Positions 18,904 to 29,312 of a stretch of DNA of 64,000 nt are shown here, one piece after another; position 1 is the first letter of the stretch, and each line of letters begins with the position of its first letter. The DNA is taken from the NCBI GenBank assembly GCA_963832745.1, contig CAWHVC010000001.1:192001-256000 (forward strand), read 5' to 3'. Both the position numbers and the translations under genes were made by a program. A model generated the notes under the pieces. The model worked only from the letters and a program-made list of their open reading frames with translations, had not been told where the DNA came from and searched no databases. The stretch comes from Candidatus Bathyarchaeota archaeon. Its GTDB lineage: Archaea > Thermoproteota > Bathyarchaeia > Bathyarchaeales > Bathycorpusculaceae.

Positions 18904-19680
18904 ATGAGCAAAATTATAGCCGTACACTCATACAAAGGCGGAACTGGAAAAACCCTTATGTCCGTAAACTTGGCCGCAACATTTGCCAAACAAGGAAAAA
19001 AAGTCGCCATATTCGACTTAGACTTCCGAGCGCCAAGCCTCTTTGCAATACTAAAATGCGAAAACGCTGAAACATGGTTCAACGATTATCTAAACAACAC
19101 TAGCGAAATAAACAAAATCTTAATTGACCTAAGCTCAAGAATAACTGGCGGCGGCAAATTTTACGCAGGCCTTGCAAATCCCTCAACCGAAGCAATCAGA
19201 GACATGTCCGCAAAAGACCGCAAATGGGAAATGCGTGCTCTAGGTCGACTCCTATCTCTACGAAATACGCTGCTTAATGAACAAAAGTTTGATTATTTGA
19301 TTTTTGATACCAGTCCAGGTTTGCAGTATTCTTCTATAAACGCAATTGTGACAGCCGACTTTGTTGTAGTTACTACAACTGGCGACCGTTCAGACGTAAA
19401 CGGAACTAAACGTATGCTAGCGGAACTTTACAACTTGTTCGAAAAGAAAACAGGTTTGGTAATTAACAAGGTGCTTGATGCTTCCAAAAGTAAAAACGCT
19501 GAGCTGACAAAAAAAGTAAAGGACATTTACCATGTTCCGTTGCTTGGAGCTGTACCGTGTTTTTGTGAAATACTGCGTGCTGAAGGCAACTATATTTTTC
19601 CCGAAGACAAGCCTGATCACCCATTCACGAAACTTCTGGCTGAAATGGCTGCCAAAATAGAGCAAAACGAAATAGGCTAA
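18904..19680 (+). CDS. MinD/ParA family ATPase
   Basis: Deviant Walker A KGGTGKT, DLDFRAP, DTSPG, INKV. Confidence 0.92.
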   Translation: MSKIIAVHSYKGGTGKTLMSVNLAATFAKQGKKVAIFDLDFRAPSLFAILKCENAETWFNDYLNNTSEINKILIDLSSRITGGGKFYAGLANPSTEAIRDMSAKDRKWEMRALGRLLSLRNTLLNEQKFDYLIFDTSPGLQYSSINAIVTADFVVVTTTGDRSDVNGTKRMLAELYNLFEKKTGLVINKVLDASKSKNAELTKKVKDIYHVPLLGAVPCFCEILRAEGNYIFPEDKPDHPFTKLLAEMAAKIEQNEIG

Positions 19681-19771
19681 GTTACTTTTTTTTAATTTCA
19701 AACTTTTTCCTTGTTGATGCTTGTTTTTTATATGCAAAAGCATCTAACTAAATGCAGCAAAAACTTAAAGA

Positions 19772-20467
19772 ATGCACAATACGCTAAACTTGGCTGGAGA
19801 AAAACAATCAGTGATAGACAAATCAGCAATCATACTTGCAGGTGGAACCTCCCAAGGTTTTCCCGAAGACAAAGGCACAATGCTGCTTGACAACAAACCC
19901 TTGATTAGACGAGTTTTTAATATTGTTGAACCCATAGTTGATGAAGTAATAATCGTAACCAACACTCAAGAACGTGCCGACATTTACGCTAAACTTTTGC
20001 CGGAAACCGCCAAGTTGGTTCTAGACAATTCAGAAGCACAAGGACCCTTAATTGGTGCCATTGCAGGTTTTGAAGCTGCCCAAGGCAAATACGCCATGCT
20101 TCTGCCATACGATTCACCTTTCGTATCAGAAGACTTGGCTATGCTTCTTTTTGACTTGGCCATTGGCAAAACGGCAGTTGTTCCAAGAAACCCTGACAAT
20201 GAAATCGAACCGCTCTGCTCTGTATATCAAACAAAATTTGTTCTGGAAACAGCAAGACAAGTTGCAGACGAAGGTGCTGTGGATTTACAGACGCTGGTTG
20301 AGAAACTTCGTGGTGTAAGATATATTTCAACGATGGTTATCACTCAGATAGATCCGGAGTTACGTTCCTTCTTTAGCGTTAACACGCCCTTGGATCTTAA
20401 GAGGGCTGCAGTTATGCTTCAAGGAAAGCCTAACGCTTCGCGTACAAAAGGACATCACTCAAAGTAA
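19772..20467 (+). CDS. MobA-like NTP transferase (Mo cofactor guanylyltransferase family)
   Basis: ILAGG, QGPLIG, D.PF, EPLCSVY, NTPLD. Confidence 0.8.
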   Translation: MHNTLNLAGEKQSVIDKSAIILAGGTSQGFPEDKGTMLLDNKPLIRRVFNIVEPIVDEVIIVTNTQERADIYAKLLPETAKLVLDNSEAQGPLIGAIAGFEAAQGKYAMLLPYDSPFVSEDLAMLLFDLAIGKTAVVPRNPDNEIEPLCSVYQTKFVLETARQVADEGAVDLQTLVEKLRGVRYISTMVITQIDPELRSFFSVNTPLDLKRAAVMLQGKPNASRTKGHHSK

Positions 20468-20532
20468 CTCTCTTTCTTTTATCGCTGTTTTTCTTGGCAA
20501 ATAACACAATTTTTACTTACTTAACGGTGCTC

Positions 20533-20556
20533 GTATACAAAAGCATCAACAAAACA
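20533..20556 (+). repeat. 24-bp dispersed repeat R1, copy 1
   Basis: GTATACAAAAGCATCAACAAAACA. Confidence 0.9.
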
Positions 20557-21178
20557 AACTCGACTCAAATCTTCGAAAGTATCAAATGACGATTTTTTAA
20601 CGAAAACAAGCGAACCTTATATAATCATGGGCTGTGAAGACCTATTTCCCCAAGTTTTGTTGACCGCTTGCCTCAGTGGAGCAAAATTTTGATCACTTTT
20701 AGTGTGTCCGATGTGAATTGAGGCACTAAAAACCAGTCATTTTTTCTTCCGCCAATCCAATTTCTGCGTGTTTGGCGCCTGTAGCCACTCATAACATTGT
20801 TATATTTGTAGTTTTATTTGACCTTTCTAAGCCAACTTTATTATTTTGTGCTTTTTTTGATAACTTTGCCGTTTCAGTTTAACGAAAAAATTTCGAACGG
20901 TCATTTTTTACATTAAACAGTTAAAACAAAGCATTCAAACAATCGATAACTGACATCAACAGTTTCAATTTGCCCATGATTTAGGTGAAATTTGGCGTTA
21001 TGCTTTGCGAAGCCTGCTGGTGGCGACTGGTGAGACGTTTTTGGCGGAAGCTGGCGAAAGGATTATTTCCGTCAAGGAAAATACCGTGGGTGTTCGTGAG
21101 TGCTGGATAACGAGGGTCGGTTTCATGGCTTCCTGCAAAAAGATGAAGGTTTGGGTAAAGTTCAGTTGTGGAAAACTT

Positions 21179-21202
21179 TGTTTGGGTGATGCTTTTGTAT
21201 AC
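21179..21202 (-). repeat. 24-bp dispersed repeat R1, copy 2
   Basis: Reverse complement GTATACAAAAGCATCACCCAAACA. Confidence 0.9.
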
Positions 21203-21278
21203 CGATGGGTTGCAAAGCATAATTTAACTGGTGATTCAGCACAAGTTTTGGCGTTTTTTGCAGCATTTGTGTTAAAGT

Positions 21279-21992
21279 TTGGGGTTGCACGTGTTGAGTG
21301 TTGAGCGTAATCTGATAATTTCAGTCCTAAAACTGACCCAAAAATCTCCAGTTTTAATCAAAGGTGTCAAAGAAGATGCTAAGCTGCCAATAGAGTTAAC
21401 GTATTCATTGCTGGAAAAAATGCAATCAGAAGATCTACTTAATTTAACCAGTGAAGCGGTGGAGGTCTCTGTTGATAACAGGCTTAAATTGGCAGTTAAA
21501 GCTGTCTCGTTAGGTGCAGATGTTGAGCATGTTAGCGACTTGCTTTGCTGGCAAGAGTTTGAAGAAATCGCAGCCATGGCTTTACGCAACAACGGGTTTG
21601 TTGTAGCTAAGAACGTTCGGTTCAAGCATGGGGGACGTAAATGGGAGGTGGACGCTGTAGGCTGCAAACCTCCATTGGTGATTTGTATTGATTGCAAACA
21701 TTGGAGTCGCGCCATATCGCCTTCTGTTTTAGGCAAGATTGCGCAGGCCCAAGCAGACCGTGCAAAGGCTCTGTCAGAAGTGTTACCAAATGTGAAGATT
21801 CAATTGGAATGTACCAAATGGGAAAACGCCCAGTTCATCCCAGCGATTTTGTCACTTGTTCAAGGCAGATTCAAGTTTTATGATGACATCCCGATTGTTC
21901 CGGTGCTTCAACTCCAAGATTTTCTGTGCCAGTTGCCTGCTTACATATACCAGTTGAAGTCCTTTCATAAGGTATTTGACCATTTAGGTTAA
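21279..21992 (+). CDS. PD-(D/E)XK restriction-endonuclease-like protein (Mrr/NERD-like)
   Basis: WQEFEE....L...GF....NV....EVD.....IDCKHW. Confidence 0.8.
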   Translation: MGLHVLSVERNLIISVLKLTQKSPVLIKGVKEDAKLPIELTYSLLEKMQSEDLLNLTSEAVEVSVDNRLKLAVKAVSLGADVEHVSDLLCWQEFEEIAAMALRNNGFVVAKNVRFKHGGRKWEVDAVGCKPPLVICIDCKHWSRAISPSVLGKIAQAQADRAKALSEVLPNVKIQLECTKWENAQFIPAILSLVQGRFKFYDDIPIVPVLQLQDFLCQLPAYIYQLKSFHKVFDHLG

Positions 21993-23858
21993 GATTTTAA
22001 GTATCGACTTTTTAGACATTTTTACTGCTGGGTAGAGGCTTAACAGAAACATAGTTGCCAAAGCAGAAAGTAGCCATGCTGCAATTCCCATAATGGTCCA
22101 AGTTGTTACTAACGGGTTTGCCATCAAAATCATTAATGTTGTCATGATTCCAAAGGCGATTCCAACGCCAAAACTTGAAAGAAGCACAATCAAACCTTGA
22201 ATAGACAATATATTGATAACTATCTGCGGTTTTGTTCCAATCGCCCGTAAAACGCCAAATTCCTGATGCTGCTCCTCCACCGATAAAACTTGGTAACCAA
22301 CAAGGCACATGGCGGCTGAAGACAAAGTGACCATGGGAACAAGCATAATCACTGCCCACGAGGCACCTAAATAATTAAGGTTACGTTGCGTAATGGTGCC
22401 AAGCAGAAAAACCTGCAAATCAGGATCTACTGAGCCAATTCTCTGCTGCAACTGCTCAACAAAAGCGGTCATATCTACGCCGTCTTTAGGCGTAATCAGT
22501 ACAAGATTTGGTGCAAGGCCAGTTAAGTTTTCAAGGGTTTCTAGTGGTACATAGATGATTATGCCTGTGTTAATTGGGTCAACACACACGCCACGTATGT
22601 CAAATGTTTTATCGTATATTTGTGCGGTTTGAACCAGAGGGTCAGAATAGTTTATACCGTTTTTTGGATCAGGCGAGTACATTTTTGAGGCTAAGGAATC
22701 GCCGATTACCGCTTCAAAACCCGTTTTGTTGCTTAAAAATTGTCCATTAATAGATAAAGGTACATGCGTATTGTCGGGATTTAAACCGATAATGACAGAG
22801 TCTCCTTCACGATAACCGCCAACATACTCTGTTTGCCCATTTTGTTTAAAAGTAAAGTTTCTTCCCTCCAAAATGTGTGTCCGTAAAACAAGTCTTTCAT
22901 CAACCCCGGCAACATCGCTTAACGTCTTCAAACTGTTGATTGCCACTTGTGAAACGGCATAATCGGGGTTAGAATAACTAAAATTATCGTCTGCTTGGTT
23001 ACCAGAAAACGTTGATAAAACCTGCAAATACTGGTTACCCAAGCTACCGTGCGCTACTATAACTGTGTTGATGCTGTTTGTACTTACAGGGTCCTGTACC
23101 CAAGAACTGGTGGTGTCACGGGCAATTATGCCTCCCGTAATCGAAATAGTCAACAAAACAAAAACAGCTGAAAGCAAAATCACCATGCGAACAACCGCGT
23201 TTTGACGTCTACTAAGGCTTCGAGTGGCAATTTTCCAAGTTATTCCAAACTTAGAAAGAGGTTTATGCATTTTTTCAGCAGGAATCCCATAATAATTAAC
23301 GGTTGAAAGTGCCAATATAGGTGGCATTCTTGCTGTGTCCATTATGGGTTTTAACCCAAAAGCAAGCGCCAAGATAAGAAAAACTGTGAAAACAAAAACT
23401 GCAACTAGAAAATTTGGTAGAACATACGAGCCTAAAACAAAATATGCAACCAAAAAATCTGCTGCCACACCAAAAAGTGTCCCCAAAAGGCATCCACTTA
23501 CAGAGACAATCAATAATTCAGTTGTGAAATATCCTGCGACAAGCGAGCCTGGACATCCTGCAGCTTTAAGCAGACCCAAATCGCGAGTCCTTTGAGCCAT
23601 CATTAAAAAAACAATAAAAGACGTCAGGATAGCGCCAACAATAAACGTCAAGGGTTCAAGAAAAACTAGAAATTGGGCAAAAACAGCAGATAATCCGGTT
23701 GTTAACGTGCTTGTTTGAACTGAAATGCTTGTGCCGATTCTGCCGCTGAAAAGCAACAAAAACAAGGTTGATGCAACACTTAAGGTCAAGGTTGTAATAG
23801 TTAAACCGGTTTGAAGTGGTCTTCGCAGTAAGTCCTTAACGGGAAAACTCTTATTCAT
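21984..23858 (-). CDS. ABC transporter permease (FtsX/MacB-like)
   Basis: Two R..E/D.G.L.A.G FtsX motifs, multiple TM helices, large extracellular domain. Confidence 0.9.
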   Translation of the reverse strand: MNKSFPVKDLLRRPLQTGLTITTLTLSVASTLFLLLFSGRIGTSISVQTSTLTTGLSAVFAQFLVFLEPLTFIVGAILTSFIVFLMMAQRTRDLGLLKAAGCPGSLVAGYFTTELLIVSVSGCLLGTLFGVAADFLVAYFVLGSYVLPNFLVAVFVFTVFLILALAFGLKPIMDTARMPPILALSTVNYYGIPAEKMHKPLSKFGITWKIATRSLSRRQNAVVRMVILLSAVFVLLTISITGGIIARDTTSSWVQDPVSTNSINTVIVAHGSLGNQYLQVLSTFSGNQADDNFSYSNPDYAVSQVAINSLKTLSDVAGVDERLVLRTHILEGRNFTFKQNGQTEYVGGYREGDSVIIGLNPDNTHVPLSINGQFLSNKTGFEAVIGDSLASKMYSPDPKNGINYSDPLVQTAQIYDKTFDIRGVCVDPINTGIIIYVPLETLENLTGLAPNLVLITPKDGVDMTAFVEQLQQRIGSVDPDLQVFLLGTITQRNLNYLGASWAVIMLVPMVTLSSAAMCLVGYQVLSVEEQHQEFGVLRAIGTKPQIVINILSIQGLIVLLSSFGVGIAFGIMTTLMILMANPLVTTWTIMGIAAWLLSALATMFLLSLYPAVKMSKKSILKILT

Positions 23859-24556
23859 TCCTTAATCAATCTTCCATCTTCAATGCTCAATACAATATCA
23901 GCTAAACCACGAATTTCCGGGTCATGAGTAGATACAATAACCGTTTTGCCTTCACTTTTGAGGAGTTGAAAGATTTGAATGATTTTTTGAGCGTTCTTTC
24001 TGTCCAAGTTTCCTGTAGGTTCGTCTGCAAGAATTATTGGCGGGTTATTGGCTAAGGCACGTGCAAAAGCGACTCTTTGCTGCTCACCGCCGCTTAATTG
24101 TGAAGGAAAATGGTTTGCCCTATGTTTCAAGCCAACAGTTTCAAGAAGATGTTGAGTGCGGTCTTCTATTTCTTGAGAAGGTTTTCTTAGCCACTCCATA
24201 GGAAAAGCGATGTTTTCTGCCACCGTTAACGTTGAAACCAGGTTGAAAGATTGGAAAACAAAGCCTGTTTGGTTGCACCTAAACTCGGCGAGGTCTTCTT
24301 CGTTTAGCTGTGTGAGGTCCTGGTTTGCCACTTTTATTTCGCCGCTTGTTTCCCGGTCGATACCTCCGATGATGTTGAGCAGGGTAGTTTTGCCTGAACC
24401 TGAAGCTCCACATAAAGCAACAAATTTGCCTGTGGACAGTTCAAGATTAACGTGTTTTAGGGCTTCAACTTTTTCAGTGCCGACAAGATATGTTTTTGTT
24501 AACGCGCGAGCCGCAACAATAATTTCCTCTAACTGTTCTTCTTCCGCCATTTCCAT
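23855..24556 (-). CDS. ABC transporter ATP-binding protein (LolD/MacB-like)
   Basis: [29 protein letters not shown]. Confidence 0.95.
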   Translation of the reverse strand: MEMAEEEQLEEIIVAARALTKTYLVGTEKVEALKHVNLELSTGKFVALCGASGSGKTTLLNIIGGIDRETSGEIKVANQDLTQLNEEDLAEFRCNQTGFVFQSFNLVSTLTVAENIAFPMEWLRKPSQEIEDRTQHLLETVGLKHRANHFPSQLSGGEQQRVAFARALANNPPIILADEPTGNLDRKNAQKIIQIFQLLKSEGKTVIVSTHDPEIRGLADIVLSIEDGRLIKE

Positions 24557-24619
24557 CCCTGACTTTTTCTGTTAAGGGCTTGTGGTTGGAAGTTAATAAT
24601 AAGGTTGAGGTACGTTCCC

Positions 24620-25111
24620 TTACGCAGACTTCTCTTCAGGGATTTCTTGGATTTCCTGATAGCTTTTGTCTATGTTAAGATTGCCTCTGTCTCGCTTTAA
24701 AATCCGTACTTTTTCAGGAATCTTGTCCTTCTGCCAATCAGACCAGCTGATTTCTTTAAACAGCCAGCGTTTCCCTAAGTGAGCAGCAACAACTGCGTGC
24801 TTATACTTGTTTTCTGTTGGGATGAATTGGTCTAGAAATCGGAATAGTTTGTCGATTTGGGGTTTTGGAAAATAGGCGTAGTAGCTGGCGTTTTTTACTT
24901 CAAACGCGTAGGTGTGTTTGCCTTTACGCGCCATTAGATCAGGTAGGGGGTTCAAGCTAGGGTTGCTTACTGGGACCCTAACGGCGAAGTAGCCTTTCTT
25001 TAGCAACAGTTTGACCAGTACGGATTCGCTGTAGAAGCCGCGTTTGCGCCAACGTCGAAGTTTAATTCGGTCAATGTCTTTGCTCACATATTCCACTTCT
25101 GGTCTTTGCAA
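24620..25111 (-). CDS. Archaeal Holliday junction resolvase-like (Hjc-type) nuclease
   Basis: G...E..LV..L...GY...R.P.S....PD......FEVK. Confidence 0.75.
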   Translation of the reverse strand: MQRPEVEYVSKDIDRIKLRRWRKRGFYSESVLVKLLLKKGYFAVRVPVSNPSLNPLPDLMARKGKHTYAFEVKNASYYAYFPKPQIDKLFRFLDQFIPTENKYKHAVVAAHLGKRWLFKEISWSDWQKDKIPEKVRILKRDRGNLNIDKSYQEIQEIPEEKSA

Positions 25112-25164
25112 CCTTTTTGGGTTGGGTGAATAAAATGTTTGTTAACACGGCTGCGGCAACTGTG

Positions 25165-25188
25165 TGTTTGGGTGATGCTTTTGTATAC
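25165..25188 (-). repeat. 24-bp dispersed repeat R1, copy 3
   Basis: Identical to copy 2. Confidence 0.9.
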
Positions 25189-26541
25189 GCTCTCTTGGAG
25201 CACAAAACTATGGTGTGTACTGGTGACGAATGATGGTGATGTAAAATACTGCACCAACCAATGCAGCACAACTGTGATAACTTTTATGTTCAACTATTCA
25301 AAATAATGGTCGATTTGCCTACACCAGCAACCAACAAACCTGCCGCTGACCAGAAATAAACACAAAACATCGCCACCCCAACACAAATCAAACAAGAATT
25401 TACCAGCAACAAACCATTCAAAAACAACCAACAAAACAAGTCACAAACCAACAACCTAAGCTGCCAATCAAAACAGCACACAATAAAGGGCAAACACAAA
25501 CCGGTCAGCAATTTGAACCAACAAAAACTCTTGCACATGCAATAGCACCACTCTCAACAAGGCCACAAATCCAGAAGCGAACGTACACTCAACCGAAAAC
25601 TACTCACCCAAGGTTGTTACTGGAATAGACATTTTTCGTCAGGGCTTTGTGCAAAAAACAGCAAAGTTTGCCAAACGCAGCCAACAGCCCCAAAAAGTGT
25701 CGCAAGAGTTCGAAGGGTTCTCGAAAAAGTCAGCTATTGCTTCGAATGGAGATTTTCGGGGGTACTTATATGAGGCTCCGATATTCTCCATGCCAACCAC
25801 TTTGGGTAAACACGAATACGCCAAAATCAGGGTCTTTTTGCAATTATGAGGCATTTTTGAGGCTATTAATTTTGTCTTCCGTGACAAATTTTGACCAAAA
25901 TTTTTATAAAATCGTATTCGCGATAAAGCAGCCAATAATAATTGCTTGTTTTATCAAATAACCTTAAAAAATAGGTGTTTTACATAAATGCCCCTTTCGT
26001 TTAATCGTTAGTTTTTTGAGTTGTATCTGCGTTGCTGAGTTTGTGTTGTTTGGTTGTTAACTCTTTTTTTTGATAATTTTTCTTCTTTGAATAGTTGGTT
26101 AGCTAAAAATTACCTGCTATTGATTAATTTTTAGTGAAACTGAAAATGCCCTTTTTACACAAGATTAATTCCTAAAACAGTTGTAATGCGGATGTTACTT
26201 TTTATTGATAAGCGGTTTTGTCAATTCAAAAACGGGCTTGCCGAATTTTTGCTTTGGACTGGTGAGGTCTCATTTAACTTGGGGAGCAATAATTGTTGTC
26301 AATAATAATGTAAAAAATTGTTGTCCTAAGTGGTAAACAGTTTGAGTAGCATATTGGTTTAATTTTAAGTTATGCGAGCAGTTTTCATTTATGTGTAGTT
26401 CATTATTGAATCAATAAGTGGTTAAAAATTTTGAAACTTTCTTTGGTCAATAATATGTGAATTGCTTATTTACTCTATTTTGAAAATTATGCATTACCTC
26501 TGACTGAAAACTTTAAAGAACAATCAGGCGCAACTGTAAAG

Positions 26542-26565
26542 TGTTTTGTTGATGCTTTTGTATAC
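26542..26565 (-). repeat. 24-bp dispersed repeat R1, copy 4
   Basis: Reverse complement identical to copy 1. Confidence 0.9.
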
Positions 26566-27108
26566 AGCCACCTGTTCGGCAAGGGGCTTGTTTTTAAAAA
26601 TAACGCCACCTTTGGCGCTGCTTGCACGGTAAGCTTAGTTAAACACCGGCAAACAAACTGGCCAGATAGCGCTCTTATGTGTGCCTATGAGCAGCTTTTT
26701 AGTTTTCCAGGTCAAAAGGTGTTTGTCCTCTTGAGGGTCGATTTTCAGGGGGGTGTCAAAAAATTTTAGCGTGTTTGGACCTGTTTTTTCATTGTTTTCT
26801 TTTGTTGTTCTCAAGTAAGCACCAGTTTTGTCTTCAACAAACAGGCGTAAATGAGCCTTTTTTGGAGGTGCTTAACATAAAGAAAAACGCAGTCAGTGAA
26901 ATCAGTGACTCACGTAATACCAAATTTTTCTCCGTCACCAAAATGTCTTAACCGAAAAATTAAGGCATTTTTCCGAAATAGAACTGGCCAAATTTGCTCA
27001 ACACACTTCAATAAATCGCCAAAACCACCCTTTTAATCGAGCTTCTTGCAGCTTGGAGTAAACACTGTTGATTTAAAATTACCCACTATCCTTGAAAAAT
27101 AATCCAAT

Positions 27109-27306
27109 TCATAGTGCCATCCCCACTATTGGTTGAAAGATAGGTAGATCGTGCAATTTGCGGCGGTGATCATCATGCTCTTCCAACGTATCAAAAACTT
27201 TTCCACACAATCTGCATCGGTACTTGCCTTCCAGAGTAATTTCTGCCGAGGATTCAGATTCGATCGGGTAATCCCAAAGTTTGTTTTCTTTTTCCTGATC
27301 AGACAC
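27109..27306 (-). CDS. Small C2H2 zinc-finger protein
   Basis: YRCRLCGKVF....HDDHRRKLH. Confidence 0.7.
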   Translation of the reverse strand: MSDQEKENKLWDYPIESESSAEITLEGKYRCRLCGKVFDTLEEHDDHRRKLHDLPIFQPIVGMAL

Positions 27307-27509
27307 TTTCTCACCCCCGAGAAGACAGAAAGGTCTCTGCCAAATCTAGAAAAAACTGCCTTGCTTAAGCCTGTGTGACTAGCACATTACAACAACAGCC
27401 ATTATTTTATTTTTTTAAATATTCAAAGATTTTTTGAAGGTGTAAACGGCTGAAAAGAATCAAAAATCGCCACAAACAAAAAAGCGGGCAAAATTTAAAC
27501 TTGTGATTT

Positions 27510-27533
27510 GTATACAAAAGCATCACCCAAACA
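27510..27533 (+). repeat. 24-bp dispersed repeat R1, copy 5
   Basis: GTATACAAAAGCATCACCCAAACA. Confidence 0.9.
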
Positions 27534-27587
27534 CAGTACTGGATTTTATTAGAAAAATTTTTCAGCACAACTCGCTTTAAGATTCTT

Positions 27588-28013
27588 GTGAAGCGTATGT
27601 CTGATTTTAAAATCGTGAACAAACAAATCACCTTCAACACAGAGGGGCCCATAAGTTTTATCGATTTAAGCAACCAAATAAACAAGGCAACTGCAGAATC
27701 AAAAATCCGCAACGGCTTGGTCCACGTATTTGCACCTCACGCAACAGGCATCCTCATCCTAACAGAAAACGACCCTGCCCTGCTTGAAGACATAAAAGCA
27801 CTTCTGGAATATTTGGCGCCAAAAAACGCTGACTACTCGCACCCCTCAAATGCTCATGCTCACTTGCGGTCGGTGCTTATGCCGCCTGACAGGACCTTGC
27901 CGGTGATTGATGGCAAAGTGGCTTTTGGGACTTGGCAATCCTTGATGTTTGTGGAAACCGACGTCTACCCACGTCGACGCACCGTAACTATCCAAATTCT
28001 TGGCGAGCAATGA
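27588..28013 (+). CDS. yjbQ: YjbQ/UPF0047 family protein
   Basis: PHATG, END, NAHAHL, GTWQ. Confidence 0.9.
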   Translation: MKRMSDFKIVNKQITFNTEGPISFIDLSNQINKATAESKIRNGLVHVFAPHATGILILTENDPALLEDIKALLEYLAPKNADYSHPSNAHAHLRSVLMPPDRTLPVIDGKVAFGTWQSLMFVETDVYPRRRTVTIQILGEQ

Positions 28014-28422
28014 CTCAAAATTTTTGGCCATTTTTCACCCATATTTTTGTTTCTTCGGGAATTTTGAAAAAATTCGAAGTTAACGTCATGAAATTTTATT
28101 CAATAGCCTCAAAATAAGCAACTTGAACTTCGTTAATTTAACTGTTTATTGTAAAAAATGTCCATTCGAACATTTTTCGCACACAAGAAAAAAGGTAAAG
28201 ATGTCGCCTGTAGCATAATTGCTCGAAAACAGCACTCGACGCAAAGTTTTGGACCTAAAAAAGAGGCAAAAAGCAACAATCCTTGAAAGTTTAACGCCTG
28301 TTAAAAGCGTTTTTGAAGCTTTATTCAGCAAGTAAATAATTTGAAGCTAAATTTTTCTTTCAGAATAGCTTTTTTCAGGCATGATTATATAAGGTTCGCA
28401 GCACTTCGAAAAAATTGGGTGT

Positions 28423-29157
28423 TTACCCGCCAGTTGCTACCTGTCTTCTTGCGTCTCTGGGTCGTAACCGCGCCTTTTTCTTATCTGCTGCACGAGCTTC
28501 TGGTCTCTCCTCAAGCTCATCAACAACAGGTTCATCTAATGGTAAAGTTTCTTCAGGTTCAGGGAAATTTACAACCGTCGCTTGTTCCACACCCGCTTTA
28601 ACCATTGAATCCACTGCCCTATCTGTGTCGCCTGCGTGAACGTTAATACCTCGGATTGCATCCATCAGCACGACGGTTTCAAAACCAAGTTTTCTTGCAT
28701 CAAGAACACTATTAACAATACAGTAATCGGTTGCGAGACCGCCAATAAAAAAACGTTTTACGCCGAGCTTGTACAGTTCATTTGCAAGTTCGGTTCCATC
28801 AAAAGCAGAATAAGCTTCATGGTCGGGCCGAGTTGCCTTGGATATGATATGTGTGTTTTTGGGAAGCTTGAGGTCGGGGTGAAACTTTGCTCCTTCAGTT
28901 TCTTGAACACAGTGGGGTGGCCAGGGTCCGCCTTGAGTTTTAAAGGATACGTGGTTTGCTGGATGCCAATCTCTTGAAGCAAAAATATTGGCGCCTGATT
29001 CTTGAAATTTACGTGCGTACACGTTAAGCACGGGAATTACTTGTGCTCCTTGAGGAACTGGCAACGCGCCGCCTGGAAGAAAATCGTTTTGAACGTCAGT
29101 TACAAGTAGCGCATCTGATTTGTTTAGTGTGTAAGTTTTTGACAAAACAGCATTCAC
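28423..29157 (-). CDS. pncA: Nicotinamidase/pyrazinamidase
   Basis: DVQNDF.PGGAL, DWHP..H.SF, WPPHC, GLATDYC. Confidence 0.92.
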   Translation of the reverse strand: MNAVLSKTYTLNKSDALLVTDVQNDFLPGGALPVPQGAQVIPVLNVYARKFQESGANIFASRDWHPANHVSFKTQGGPWPPHCVQETEGAKFHPDLKLPKNTHIISKATRPDHEAYSAFDGTELANELYKLGVKRFFIGGLATDYCIVNSVLDARKLGFETVVLMDAIRGINVHAGDTDRAVDSMVKAGVEQATVVNFPEPEETLPLDEPVVDELEERPEARAADKKKARLRPRDARRQVATGG

Positions 29158-29312
29158 CCTAAAATCTTTGCTAAAAATAATATAACTGCTGCTTCGGAAT
29201 AAACTTTGCCGCTAAAGCGCGATAAGTTGGTTACTAAACCGTTTTTGGGTAATGTTTTTAGTTATCAGAAAGTCGATGGATAACCTTATCTTGTAAAATT
29301 CAACACATATAG

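Noticed and set aside
25071-25961. Short track ORFs in the large intergenic region
   Set aside because: Cys/Val/Phe-rich low-complexity translations caused by strand compositional bias; no motifs
20533-27533. R1 repeats as a CRISPR array
   Set aside because: Spacing is 0.6-4 kb, orientation is mixed, and no cas genes are present
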